DNA of 64,000 nt from NCBI GenBank assembly GCA_965112155.1, contig OZ218105.1. The stretch is one strand, 5' to 3'. The notes beneath the pieces were generated by a model. The model was not told the origin of the DNA, ran no database searches, and saw nothing but the letters and a program-made list of their open reading frames with translations. The position numbers were made by a program, and so were the translations under genes. This stretch comes from Podarcis liolepis (lineage: Eukaryota). The stretch's first letter is position 1. Each line of letters opens with the position of its first letter. Below, piece by piece: positions 12,032 through 25,704 of this stretch.

Positions 12032-13239
12032 ATGGTGGGAAAGAATCCATTTTTATATTGTGTTGCATTGCTTTCAAATGGCTAGTGGAGTGCAAGTAGA
12101 TTCAGGTTTGATGGTCAGTCTCAGCTTCAGGTTTTGGAGGGCCCTTGGGAAGAACCTTGCTCAGTAAGCCATAATCACCAGGTGCCAAGCTGGAAAGGAC
12201 AGGATATCCTTCTGGTCATTGCCTGGTCTGACCTGACCTAAGGTACAACCACCTACTAACTAAACCCAGCTCACTAATATATGGAAACTTCTGTTTTCAA
12301 TTCTGGTGCCTCAACTGTGGTCCAGCAGAGTTTTTGTAATGACAGTAGAAAAGAAGTGTTCCAAAAGTGGGGAAGGCAAGAAGAAATGCCAGCAGAGAAC
12401 TGAAACCAAGGATTGATCAGTTGTAGCCAGAGTTGTTGAACGTTAAGGAAAGTTACTTTGTTTGCAGCAGCAAATATTTCAGTTGTCTGCTCTATATATC
12501 TAAAACCATCTTTCACCAGAGATTTCAAGACAATTTAGAAAAATTAATTAGGGCAAGTAGAACAATAATAAATACACTCAGCTCTTGCCTCCTCCAGCCG
12601 TGTTCAATGACCAGAGGGAGAGGTGAGCAGTGGTAGCTGCACATTTTCCTCCCTCCTATCTCTGCTCATTGACTCAGAGACAGCATCCGAACAAGCAAGG
12701 AGAAGCACCTGGAATCGGAGACCTCAGGGATTGCTCGTAGGCCCCTTGCTGTGGCCCAATAATGCCAGTTCCCAATGCCAGCTTGACTTCGGATTGTTTA
12801 AGCAGCTACTTGCCAAGAGCAACGAACCTCTCCCTGGTGATATAGATAAATCCAACCCAGTAACGAACCCAAATGACATCTATTAAGGAAACACTTTAAT
12901 AGGACCTTTTGTCTGCAAGTGTTTTTTTCCTTTATGCCCATTTCTTTCCCATTGCTTGCCACTAAAAAATTCAGCCATGGTCCCTAGACAGCAAAGAAAG
13001 TGCAAAGAAAGCGGGGGGGGGGGGGGAATGCCACTCACTTTCTGAATTTATGGAGTGCAAATCACCTAATGTTTGGTGGCGTGTTACTGAAAATACATGG
13101 CTAATTTAAATACAAATCCACTTTGCACAATTCTTAGCTCAGTGCCCAATGAGCTCTGCAGACTGTATCACATTCAGCTTGTTTCTGCTTTGTACATTGT
13201 AAAATGTGAGCAATCTTAATTTTAGAAAATGCAACTCAC

Positions 13240-15753
13240 CTGCTCAGAGTTTTGTCGTACTGTATCAGTGCTTGGATCTCCCATAGTTAATAAAGGACCT
13301 AGATTATCAGCAGCTGGATGAGATGAGAGAATATCTGTACAACTTCCAATTGGAAAAGCAATTTTATTGTTTTGGGAGCAGGTAGTTAGTGAGCCATCAG
13401 GGCAGTAAGACTGAAGAAAAGCCCGGACACCATCAATGCCCACAAACTGTGAAACAGGTACTCCATTGAAATTTCCAAATCCTGAGTCACACAATTGTGA
13501 GTTTCTCCACCTATAAAGTCTAAAAGCTAGTAACAAAAGCAGAAAGGTGAAGAACAAGCAGGAGACAGCAGCTACTGCAGTCACCAGGTACGAAGTGAGC
13601 TCACCATCAGATTGTGGGTCTTCAGATGCTGAGATGCTGCTCAGGTCTGAGAGGATTGCAGGGATGGTGTCAGCCAGCACCACAGTCAGAGTGGCTGAAG
13701 CAGAGAGAGGTGGCTGCCCATTGTCCTTGACTAAAACCACCAGGCTTTGCTTGAGGGCATCCTTCTCCAGAAAGAAGCGGGCTGTCCTGATCTCTCCCGT
13801 GTGGAGCCCCAGAGTGAAGAGCCCTGGCTCGGTGGCCTTGATCAGCTGGTAGGAGAGCCAGGCATTCTGGCCAGAGTCCGCATCCACGGCCACCACCTTT
13901 GTGACCAAGTAGCCTGGCTCAGAGGAGCGAGGGGCCAGCTCTATCCCTGTGGAGCCATCAGTGGGAGGGGAAGGGTAAAGGATTTGGGGAGCATTGTCAT
14001 TCTGGTCCAGGATGAAGAGAGTCACTGAGACGTTGGAGCTGAGTGGTGGAGAACCTCCATCCTGAGCCTTGACAAGGAAATTAATCTCCCTGATCTCTTC
14101 ATAGTCAAAGGAGTGTAGGGCATAGATTGCTCCAGTTTCAGAGTTAATTGAGAGGTAGGTAGGAAGGAAGGTATTTTTGACTTTAGTCTCATGCTCACGT
14201 ATTTGAGAGTAAGTCCCATTGAGCTCACTGGAATTCACTTCTGAGTAGACTTTCTTAGCACTGGGCTGCACAATATCTCTTTTGATGATAGAGTAAATTA
14301 TTCTGCCATTTTCCTCACAATCAGAGTCATGTGCCTTCAAAATAGTAATGAATTCACTTCTGTGGTTATTTTCCTCAAGATAAAAAGTGAATGCTGTATT
14401 TTTAAAGGTGGGTGGGTTGTCATTTTCATCTAATATTTCTAGTGGGAAGTAAGCAGTTGTTGAGAGAGAAGGAATCCCTTGGTCACTTGCTATTATTGTG
14501 ATGTTATATTCTGAGACCCTCTCCCTGTCAAGGACACTTGCAATCTCCAAGTTGTAATAGTTGTCAAATGCTTTCTTCAAAAGAAACGGAAGTCCTGCTG
14601 GTATAGAACATGAGACTTCTCCATTTTCCCCATCATCTCTGTCATTTATATTTATAAGACCTATTACAGTTCCTGGAGGAGAACTTTCTTCAACCTTGCT
14701 GAAAAGTGGTGTAATTGCAATCTCCGGTAGATTGTCATTCGCATCCATGACTCTTATGACTACTCTAGCACGAGTAGACAAGCCAGCCCCATCTTGTGCT
14801 TGGACTTCCATTTCATGTGCTATAGATTCTTCAAAGTCAATATTCCCAATGACTGATATCTGCCCTGTTGCGGAATCCAAGTGGAATATTTTGGAAGCTT
14901 TGTCTGAAATTTTTCTGAATGAATACATTACCTTTGAGTTTATTCCCTCATCAAGGTCAGTTGCATTCAGAATTAACACGTGCGACCCTTTAAGCATGTT
15001 TTCCATAACGTCCGCTTCATACAGAGACTTACTGAAAATAGGAGCATTGTCATTTACATCTGCAACAGCAACACGGATTTGCACAGTACCAGACCTGGCA
15101 GGTTCTCCTCTGTCAGCAGCAGTGAGAATTAGTTGGTGCACTTTTTGTTCTTCTCGATCTAACAGCTTTTCAAGGACTAGTTCTGCGTATTTGATCCCAT
15201 CAACTCCAGTTTGTACATCCAAGGAAAAGTGTCTGTTGCTACTGAGATGGTAGCTCTGGAGAGAATTCGTCCCTAGATCTGGATCCTGAGCCCCTGGTAA
15301 AAGAAACCTTGCCCCAAGACCTGAGTTTTCAGCAATTGTTAATTCAAACTCCTCTACAGGGAAGCCGGGTGAGTTGTCATTGATATCAGTTATTTCAACT
15401 TTAGCCATAAAAAACTTCACTTTATCCTTCACAAGAATCTCAAAATTTAACAGACATTTTTCTACCTGGTGGCAAATCTGCTCCCTGTCAATTACTTCCT
15501 TGATAAACAAAAGTCCATTTCTCAAATCAAGTGAAAAATATTGCTTCATACCTCTGGAAATTATCCTGGTGTCTCCACTTGATAACTCCTTCACGCTCAG
15601 TCCAAGATCCTTTGCAATATCTCCTACAAAAGAACCTTTCTCCATTTCCTCAGGAATCAAATAATGTATTTGCCCAGAAGCTACCTCCCAGACCATCGCC
15701 AGCACAAAGCAAAGCACACTATTCCTTTGATAGCACAGAATCCTTCCAGCCAT
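13240..15753 (-). CDS. PCDHG: Protocadherin gamma-A-type variable exon, first gamma gene after the beta cluster; EC5 insertion; splice donor at 13240
   Basis: 843-aa ORF with six cadherin repeats and gamma-A signatures. Phase-0 donor CAG|GTGAGT. The unspliced frame stops at 13222. Confidence 0.95.
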
Positions 15754-15919
15754 TTCCAGGTAGAATGTCAGATTGTTGTGCCCTTATTGTCCAGTTTGGA
15801 CCTTACAAAGGTTCCAAAGGCTCCCTAGATATTTCCTCCTGCAAATCCAGACTCGCTGGATGTGAGCTTTGTGTATTGTTTGCGGAATGAGAGCAGAACA
15901 GGGATTTGTAGTTCTTGGC

Positions 15920-15965
15920 TTATGAGCAAACAGCGACACTTAGAGGTTCAATGAATAATTACACC
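15920..15965 (-). promoter_or_regulatory. Pcdh-gamma promoter CSE with CGCT box
   Basis: Minus strand tgtaattattcattgaaCCTCTAAGTGTCGCTGtttgc, ~180 bp upstream of the ATG. Confidence 0.8.
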
Positions 15966-16695
15966 AGTTTTAGTCCTTCCTCAGTGTTTTTCTGGGCAGG
16001 GGGAAGACTTCAAGCAAAACCCAATTAATTTTTGATAATAGTCTATTATTCCTAAGGAACACCAAATAGCAACTAGTCATGTGTACCAATTTGCTTTACA
16101 ATTTTTAAGTCAACCTATGGAAAGATGCTGTTATGTTAATTGTTCTGATCTATCTCCCAATTTCATGCCTATGGTGCTCAAGGTTTTCTTACATCTGATG
16201 AACTGGTCCAGAAAACTGTTGTTTCTTTCTGCAACAGGCTAAGATGACTAGCCCTCTGAATATGTTTCCCTATTGTTCCTATTTCTCATCAGTAATAATA
16301 ATAATAATTTTATTATTTATACCCCACTGATCTAGCTAGCTTGCCCCAGAATACTGAAAATAAACACCGAGCATGCAATAAATCCATATATAATACTGGG
16401 AGAAAGCAAGTGAGAGGGGACAGATTTTGAACTATGTAAACAATCGTTTTTAATTTTCTATTTTCATTATCAGTGGTAGAAGGGGAGTATGTTTAGTAAA
16501 ACAGTGAATTTTTAAGTGTTGTACAATGCATGACTGCAGTGACTACATTATTACATGAGCACTGCATTATTTATATACATTCATTCGAAATAAGATGGGT
16601 TTATGAAGCATTCTATATCCACCCACCATGCTGATGAAGAATTCTATGAAACAGTAGCCAATATCTGGAATTACTGTTCAGTATTGGACATCATA

Positions 16696-17032
16696 GGGAC
16701 GTGGGTGGCGCTCTGGGTTAAACCACAGAGCCTAGGACTTGCTGATCAGAAGGTTGGCGGTTCAAATCCCCGTGAAGGGGTGAGCTCCCGTTGCTCGGTC
16801 CCTGCTCCTGCCAACCTAGCAGTTCGAAAGCACGCCAAGTGCAAATAGATAAATAGGTACTGCTCCGGTGGGAAGGTAAACCGTGTTTTCATGCGCTGCT
16901 CCTGTTCACCAAAAGCAGCTTAGTCATGCTGGCTGCATGACCCAGAAGCTGTATGCCGGTTCCTTCGGCCAATAAAGCGTGGCCAGAGTGGGCCACGACT
17001 AGACCTAATGGTCAGGGGTCACTTTATCTTTT
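16696..17032 (+). mobile_element. Sauria SINE
   Basis: gggacgtgggtggcgctctgggttaaaccacagagcc...ggttcaaatcccc...taatggtcaggggtcactttatc. Homologous to the copies at 31846 and 39684. Confidence 0.9.
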
Positions 17033-17573
17033 TATTGGAGATCATTGTTGAATACACAAAGCTTCACAGTTTGTCTTCCACCATACAAAGTTTGGTACCT
17101 CGCTTTATTTAAAGATTTTCAGAGACTTTGAGACTAAAGATTTCATTTTGAACTTTTTATGATTTGAAGGAATTCTATAAAGATTGTCTATTATATTTTC
17201 ATTGTTGATGTTCTCTTTGCAACACAGGGGTTTGTTTGGATACCAGCTGGGACCCAGGCAGCTGAGCCAAGCCAGACAGATCTTAAGCTGGTTTAAGTCG
17301 TGGAAAGTGGGTATGGTTGGGGAGGATCCGGGGGAGGACTTAGGCTGGATCCTAAGCTCATTGAGAATGGTCAGATAACCCAGGTTAGCAAAGTAGGTTG
17401 GCAAGGAGGGTGATGTAACCCAAACACCCACTTTCAAGGCTTGTTTTCCCTCCGCCAGGCTTAGACATGCTTCAGAATGGAGTTTGGCTTTGGCATATTT
17501 TACCCCAGCTTAACTTTACACCAGGTTTTTATGTATAGGATTGCCCTAACCCTAACTTTGCCTATGTATTACT

Positions 17574-17919
17574 AAGTGGTGCCCCGCAAGACAAATGCCT
17601 CGCAAGATGAAAAACTCGCTAGATGAAAGGGTTTTGCGGTTTTTGAGCTGCTTCGCAAGACGATTTTCCCTATGGGCTTGCTTCGCAAGACAAAAACGTC
17701 TTGCAAGTTTGTTTCCTTTTTCTTAACACCATTAATACAGTTGTGACTTGACTTCGAGGAGCAACTCATAGAACGCGGTGTGGTAGCCTTTTTGAGGTTT
17801 TTGGTGATTTTTGAAGCTTTTCCAAAACTTTTCCGACACCGTGCTTCGCAATACGAAAAAACCGCAAGACGAAAAAACTCGCGGAACGAATTAATTTCCT
17901 CTTGCAAGGCACCACTGTA
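17574..17919. mobile_element. Tc1/mariner (Tigger-like) MITE
   Basis: Ends agtggtgccccgcaag ... cttgcaaggcaccactgTA, with internal repeats of cgcaagac. Confidence 0.75.
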
Positions 17920-17931
17920 TTTGTTCTTTGA

Positions 17932-18146
17932 GAGCCAGTGTGGTGCAGTGGTTAGAGTGTCAGGCTAGGACCTGGGAGACGCAGGTTCAAATCCCCACTT
18001 GGCCTTGAAGCTCACTATGTGACTTTGGCCATTCACAGTCTGTCAGCCTAAGCTACCTCACAGGGTTCTTGTGAAGGCAAGATATGTATGACCTCCTTGA
18101 GCTCCTTGGAGGAAAGTGGGATACAAATGAAATAAATGAATAATAC
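17932..18146 (+). mobile_element. Older tRNA-derived CORE/L2-tail SINE
   Basis: A box gtggtgcagtggtt, B box ggttcaaatcccc, and an A-rich tail. Confidence 0.75.
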
Positions 18147-19439
18147 ATTCAAATAAAAGAAAGAAAATGAATCTTAGTTCCCCCCCCCCCAAACAAGGGA
18201 AGAATACCGGGTTGATATTTAACCTTCTTGGGGCACAGTTCAAATCCTGATAAAAGTCGGAAATACCCAAACATTTCTTGGCATATCTGGCATATCAGGA
18301 TTTGTGTAGTGCCCAAAAAAGGTGAAATCATATTTAAAGAATACTAGTTAAGCCCCTTGTTGAATCAAATGCAATAGGAGCTCAGGAATTGGACAAAATA
18401 GAATTTATATCGACTTGGACATTGTCAGAATAATGTAATTGTCAAAATTCCTGTTCCTGTTCCAGAACTTGCCAACCTCGATCTCTCCCAAACAATTTAA
18501 GATCTGGCCAAGTAAATATATGCATGGGGGTAAAAAGCCCAGAGTCAACAATCAGATTCTGTAGATTCCAAATTTACAGCCCTTACTTTGATGCAGTTCA
18601 GATTAGACATTTATGTTCCTCAATCAATAATGAAGATGGCAAACCTTGTGTCAGGATAGTGTTATTGCACCCATCTTACAGAGCAATTCCATTTCTCCCA
18701 AGAGAACAAATTTCCTTACAACTTTCTAACCCGTCCCTGCAGGTGGCTCTCAATATCTGGAACTTATTACAGCTAAATCCCTTTGCCTTTACTATTTCTG
18801 TGTAAACAACTTACCTATCAAGGAGAAACGGATCCCAGAAGTGCACTAAAAACTGGTTTCAGTATAATCAATTAATGCACTTCCTGTTAGATCTGGGGAT
18901 AGCAGCCCAGGCAACCTGTGGTTTTGTGGGAAATATGATGTTTTTGTTGGGAACCAAGACTATGTGAACTAGACATTGCAGCCACAGAAGATGAAATTGT
19001 GGGTGAAAAAAAAACTTTTTGCTCCTTGTCAGTCCATATATGAGAAATTCTTTAAAACTGATACCTAAATGGTGTCTTACTCCCATGAAACTTTTCAGAA
19101 TTACTAATACAGCAAGCTCACATTGAAGGAGATTATGTGGTGAACTTGGGACTTACCTTCATATGTGATGGCACTGTCCAGTGGAACAAATCTTTTCGTC
19201 AAGTGTATTTTCAGAGATTATTCTTAGCACAGGTTAACCTTTGAAGATGGCACCAGTTTTAGCTGTGTTAAACTTTTCTGATAGTCCTAATCAAGATGTG
19301 TGGTTTAAAGATCTAATACTCCTACTAGTGGCTACATACCTAGAAGCAGAACACAAATGGTGGACTCTGGAGGGTATATTCCTAAACTCATAGGTGTGTC
19401 TGGAAAATGGCTTTAATCAAAGAATTCACATGTCAAACC

Positions 19440-19715
19440 AGAATCATAGAATCATAGAATCATAGAGTTGGAAGAGACCACAAGGGCCATCGAGTCCAAC
19501 CCCCTGCCAAGCAGGAAACACCATCAGAGCACTCCTGACATATGGTTGTCAAGCCTCTGCTTAAAGACCTCCAAAGAAGGAGACTCCACCACACTCCTTG
19601 GCAGCAAATTCCACTGTCGAACAGCTCTTACTGTCAGGAAGTTCTTCCTAATGTTTAGGTGGAATCTTCTTTCTTGTAGTTTGGATCCATTGCTCCGTGT
19701 ACGCTTGTCTGGAAA
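19440..19715 (-). mobile_element. CR1 LINE 3' end
   Basis: (ATTCTATG)n tail. ORF2 C-terminus [52 protein letters not shown]. Confidence 0.92.
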
Positions 19716-20439
19716 ATGAAATAAACTTTGCTTTCCGAAACTGATTGCATGATCCTTACTTATACGGGCTGCTGCATATTTTATTTGTTTGGGAATGTAT
19801 ATTTTTACCTGTCTCTTCATTGGAGGGGATTATGGAATTAACTTGGAAACCCAGCAAATATCCTAAGGCTTAAATATTAAGGTAGTGAATACCTCATTGT
19901 TTATGTAAGAACTGGCACATCTCTTAACCTGTGGTTAACAAGGGGAGCCATTGTGGAGGTTCTTTAGTTCAATGTGGAATCCAACATAATAAAGGAAAAT
20001 CTTTGTAAGCCTGGGAGATAGGCAAACAGAGGGCTGCTACTTAGGAGTAAGATTCTCCTGAGAGTCTGGTGAGTTGAAGGACTGCTTAGTCCCAGGAAAG
20101 TAGATGGTGCTTTAATTGGCTTTATTTTGCTATTTTGCTCCAAGGGGGGTGGTTTTCAGTAACTTTTGCATTACACATCTTTCTTTTAAAACTCCATATT
20201 TTTTCCCGTCTTTCTAAACACTTTATTTGTTTCATAACCAATGTGGTCTCAGCTTATTTTAACACCCTCACACTTAGAAGCTATGTCACATTACCTCAAA
20301 AGGCATCAGGGAAACCCCAGGAAATTAGAAGACTGATAAGGGAAGGCCTTGTGGGAATAACCTCTTGTCACTACACTTGGTAGCAATCCGGGAAATGTTC
20401 CAAGGACTTAACTGTGACTTTGTTGTTGTCTTCTTATGT

Positions 20440-20552
20440 TTGATTGTTTGAAGACCAAGTTATATGGTGAAAGTTTGAAGGAGGTAGGTATATATAATCT
20501 GGAGAAGAGAAGATTAAGAGGACATGATATCTGTCTTCAAATGTTTGAAGGC
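20440..20552 (+). mobile_element. Degenerate CR1 ORF2 fragment
   Basis: Translates [20 protein letters not shown] (CR1 motif [21 protein letters not shown]). Confidence 0.65.
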
Positions 20553-22160
20553 TTTTCACTTCCTTCTTTTTTGTGTCTTATCTTACTCTGTGCACTTGTA
20601 ATTTTGTGCTTTTTATTTAAAGTGTATGTATGTGTGTATAGGCAGCAGGGTAAGCTATAAAGTATCCCAGCAGTTAGTAATACAAGTAGTGAATAATATA
20701 GTCAAGCTGAGGGAAATTGACAGAATGCCTTCATTCTCCAGGTGTCCTCTAAACTCCCATCCCGATGTTTATTGTAAGGAAATGGCTCTAAATTATTACA
20801 ACTACAATAGGTTGGTAAAGCAGATCAGGGAGAATTTCCTTCCTCTGGTCCATGCCAGGTCTGTAAAGCAAGCTATGGTTTGTGGCCTTGGTAGTTTGCC
20901 TTGCTGATGCTTGCTGCCCCACCCTAGGGATCCTGTTTCACAAAGCATTTCCATCCATAGATTTTAGAAAGTGATTTTATTATTTTATGAACATACAAAA
21001 ATGATATTCAAATCTAGCAAACAATATGTAAAAGTACACAGCATCTTTTTCATCTTCTCATAACAAAAAGATGACCTTGACAGTGCATAAAAAGAAATAT
21101 GTGCATTCTATATCTTAAAACTAGCATGGTTCCCTGCTGATTCCAGTTGTATATAAATTGCACTCTTTCCTATCCTGTTTCACTATAATACTACTTGCCA
21201 CTTCCTTTCATCCACAGACTTCAAAATGCTTCACTATTGTGAATTTTTGTCATTGTAAGAATATAATACCATTCCCAAAACACAAAGGTTTACTGAAAAT
21301 TCTATTCCAAACTGCACAACTACATAACCACATAACTGTGAAACCACACTGTTATAATATAGTCTATAATTCCTGTTTTAGAGTGTTTACAGTAGCAGTT
21401 TATCATAGGCTGACAGCTGGGTTTAACACTAAATTGTCCCTGTCACTGTAGAGAATGAAGATTGGAATCAATTTGGTGTTAAGTCCATCTAGTCACCACC
21501 AGAGTAGTTCCAAACACCATAAATAAACCAACATTAAAGGCCAGCTTTAAATAATGTGATTTAGCATAGTTTACATTGTTCTTTTCAAATACAGTATGCT
21601 TCATTATTCCATTGCTGGAAAGAAGTATTGATTAGCTTGCAAACAATTTCTCAGCATCAGCCGCAGTGTTTGAAACTCCCATTTTTCTAGGCACATTTTG
21701 CGGCAGAGAATTTCATTAGCACGAGCAGTTTCAGAGCTCTGGGCACACTTCTGTGACTAAGATTTCAGATTAAAACTGCAGAGTGGAAGGAAAAGAGGAC
21801 CTTTTTCTGTCTCCCTGCTTCCAGCTACTCTCTGAAAACTGGAGAAGAGACCATCTTAAGAATATCAGGGGGTTGGGCAGGGGAAGGACTAGACCATGTG
21901 AAAAATGAGCATAATATTTTAGATGCAGTTCATTTTCAGTTTTGTATTCTTCCTATAAAAAAGCATGCCTAGACATTTCATTGTTGCGCCCATAACTAGG
22001 TTTAAGGTTCCTTTTAGCTCCTAGCTTTCATATCTCAGTTTTTAACACTGGCCGCAGATTGTGGGTCAATTGCAGGAAAACAGGAATAGTTAAATTTCAG
22101 AGAAAACATGTGCACATGTATGTGTATGCACACATGCAGTGTGTGTATGTGGACTCGACA

Positions 22161-22493
22161 GCCTGGTTTGCACATAACATTAAGCTATGGTTTATTAATT
22201 TATGGTTCATTAAACTGCAGCTGACTGTTATGTGTGAACCCAACTCAACAGTTTAACTATGGTTCATTAACCAAAATTTGTAGCTGGTTTATATATCTTA
22301 GTATTAACCACAATGTAAGCGCTACATGTCAGCCCGGACCTCCTCCAAAAGCTACAGAGCTGCAAGTGATGAGTGGCAAAAATTTTAAACTGTTCTCTAG
22401 GCTTGACTGCTCTCGCTTGTGCTTTTAACTGTTCTGTGATATAATAATCAAGTGAGCATCTAGATTTAGTTCAGTGTTATGTGCAAACTAGGC
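22161..22493. mobile_element. Old MITE-like element with terminal inverted repeats
   Basis: Ends gcctggtttgcacataaca / tgttatgtgcaaactaggc, with internal tatggtt repeats. Confidence 0.5.
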
Positions 22494-25463
22494 CAATGAA
22501 AGAGAAGTTGTTAACACAAATATAGCTACAGGAAACGATAGAATTGAGCATTTAGACAGGAAAGTGCACACACAGTGTAACTATGACTAGAAAATAAAGT
22601 GTAAATTCACTGAGAAATGGAAGTCCTATGTGCAAGCTTCGCTGAAATAAATGGGAGAAATATTCTCTTCCAAAGCTCCCATTCCTTTCAATGTCCCAGT
22701 GGACTATGTCCAGACTTCTCCCCCTTACTGATTATACTCATTCATTTGTCTCGTTAGGTCTTCAAATGAAGCTACTGGATACTACTAACAGCTGCATTAC
22801 AACCAGAAAACAGAATTTCTGAGAAATTGCTATAACCATTGAAAATATTTGAAGGAAAGCAGCAAAGCTAGCATAAAAGTAAACTAAGGAATAATTACAA
22901 CAATGAGCATGCAATAAAGTCACCTACATTTCTTTAACCAGCTAGATCAAAAGAGCAGTGGGCTACTGTAAAATCCTACAAAGCATAAATATAATTGTCT
23001 ACTAGGTCAATGTATGTGGACAATCCAGCTACACATTCTCCTACATAAGCTCCATCGAAATGAATGAGAACAGCACAAGAGCATTTCTGTTCTTTTCTAT
23101 TTGCTTGCACAAGAGAGTTTCCTGGTATCTTTCTCCTTTAGGCAGAGGACCCATATTTTTTCAGGCCAGGGGTCAAGTTTCTTGCATGAGACTTGATCAT
23201 TTGGTTATTTGTCTTCAGAGAAAGAAAGATGGATGGAGTTGGTTGTCCTCATCTATTGATAGGTAAGCCAGTCATTTTGACCACAGTTTATATTTGCCCC
23301 AGTTGCCTGATTAACAGTGCAACCTGGGGCTCCGGATCTGGGAGCAGCATCTTCAGAGAGTGATGCTCTGGCCTGCAAAGGACATAAAAAAGTGCACTGT
23401 AATTTTCTGAAAGCTGATGTGGTTTTCATTAGATAAATGCTGCCAAGGCATTAAGCTGCAGTAAGAAGAGTGTAATGAAATGCCATGCTTACCAGATAGG
23501 AACATAACAAACGTTTTCTGAAAACCCAAAATATGAACTGTGACTGTGCGATACAACAACGTTATACTGCCAAGGATGGTAGTACTATGAGTTTGGTGAC
23601 AATCCCGTTTCTTTTCAGCTTGAATGAACTCAATACAATGCCTGAGATCATAGCAGGGCACTCATTATACCAAAAACAACTATACCTTTTGTCCAGCAGC
23701 AGCTTTGTAGCATTAACGTTTGCTACGAACCTCCATTCCCAAGCCTTCTTTCCTTCATTAGAGTGACACAAATAGTTGTTAGCTTGTTCACACAATCTGT
23801 ACCCTACTTTTCTATGAGGCAGCTCACAACATTTTCAATAAAACAAGAATAAAATCCAAAATCAGGAAAGCAGCCCAGCTCAAACTAAATACACCAGCTA
23901 AGAGACTTTTGCCACAATTACTTACCAACAATCACCCAAAAAATAATCTACAGCTAAGCCAAGGTTTGGCTTAGATGGTGGAGGAAAATGGAGCATAGCA
24001 GCTGATCTAGATGTGCAGGCAAATATGCACGGGAGGACACAACCCTTAAGGCATGCAAGCAATGTTCAACGTATTTTATCAGCCATACTTTGACCGCTAT
24101 GGCAGGGAATGATTCCTTCCTGAAACCCTAAAAAGTGTTTGCAATGCTGGGCTAGAGGGACTAATGGTCTGGCTTGGTATGGGCCAACTGAAGTTTTCAA
24201 GTGCTCTGCAAAGACAGTCCCAGGTTAATTCACATTATAGCAGTCTAATGTGGGTATTACTTTGACGTGGGTCACTGTTGCCAGAAAGGGCATGGCTGGC
24301 ACACTGGTCAGAGTTAATGAAGAGGTTCTCCTGCTCAGACTGCCACCTGGAGATCCAGGAGCCTCCTCCCAAATAGCCCCAGTTCCTAAGAGGGAGGTGC
24401 ACAATGCCATCACAAACAAGTTATGATCTTGGATCCTGACAGTACTTCCTTGTTATCTAGATGAAGTTTCAACTTTTGTTCTATCTCTATACGCCTCTTC
24501 TTTCTCCAGTATCACTCATGGAGTTTAAATGGCTGAATGAAAGATGTGAAGTTACTGCTCTAGTTACTGCGCACCTTAGCACCAAACGAATGACTCCTCA
24601 TAATTGTCTGCATGATTCTTTTGAGTCTTACACCATACTTTAATAATGAGTTTTTATCTTCATAACTCTCACCATTTAAAAAAAAAAATCTTTTGTTTCC
24701 CAAATGGTTCTCTTACCCGGTTTCTGTTCAGCCAGTTTTAGTCTTCCATGGTGCTGTTGGAAATTGGGACTTCCTTCCGGAAGATTTATTGTATTGTTCT
24801 AATCCCCATATTCACACCAAGGAATGACATATCTTCAATAACCTCCCATAATTATCATTCTTCCACTCACCGTATATTCTCCTCCCCTTTAGCAAGAACA
24901 TAATTTACACAGAGCATTCAGAATATATTCATGAAAAGTCTCATTGCCAATAATGTATTCCAGTTTCATTAATTCACAATCTGTCTTACATTTCTCTGAA
25001 ATAATATTTACTATTTAGTGATGAATATATTGGATTCTCAATTTACTACCCTATTTAAGCCCTATATAGCAAAACCCAATTGATTTGCAAATTAAGCCTC
25101 CAACTTAAAGCATTCTCTCATTTCAAAAAGGCTTCCCTTAGGTAAAATACCCTAACTCAGAGTTATTTTCAGAAGTGGAAAGAATGAATTTCTGGGTAAA
25201 TGTGATTAATGAAGTTTGGTACTCAATGGACAGACATTATATTTGAAGAATCTGCAACGAAATACTGAAATCCATTTTCACAAATGACATGTAAACTGGT
25301 TTTTGTCTTTCCCATATATGTAATATTAAATCTGGTCTGAAAGTTTGGGGAATGTGCAGTGCAACAAAAGGAGGGAAGTATATTGTGTGAGTGTTTTGAC
25401 TATTGATCCAAACCCCTAAAATGTATTTTATATAATTGACTTTTCATTTCTATTCTTTGTATA

Positions 25464-25704
25464 CAGTGGTACCTCAGGTTACAAACTAAATTTGTTCTGG
25501 AGGTCCGTTCTTAACCCGAAACAGTTCTTAACCTGAGGTGCGCTTTCGCTAATGGGGCCTCCTGCTGCTGTCATGCCACCGGCACGCGGTTTCCGTTCTC
25601 ATCCAGGGGCAAAGGTCAGAACCTGAGGTACTACTTCTGGGTTAGCGGAGTTTGTAACCCGAGGTGTTTGTAACCTGAAGTGTTTGTAACCCGAGGTACC
25701 ACTG
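25464..25704. mobile_element. Tc1/mariner (Tigger-like) MITE
   Basis: TA|CAGTGGTACCTCAGGTTACAAAC ... GTTTGTAACCCGAGGTACCACTG|TA. TA target duplication. Confidence 0.9.

Noticed and set aside
14561-15253. 230-aa plus-strand ORF
   Set aside because: Antisense shadow of the cadherin reading frame, with a Ser/Ile-rich mirror composition.
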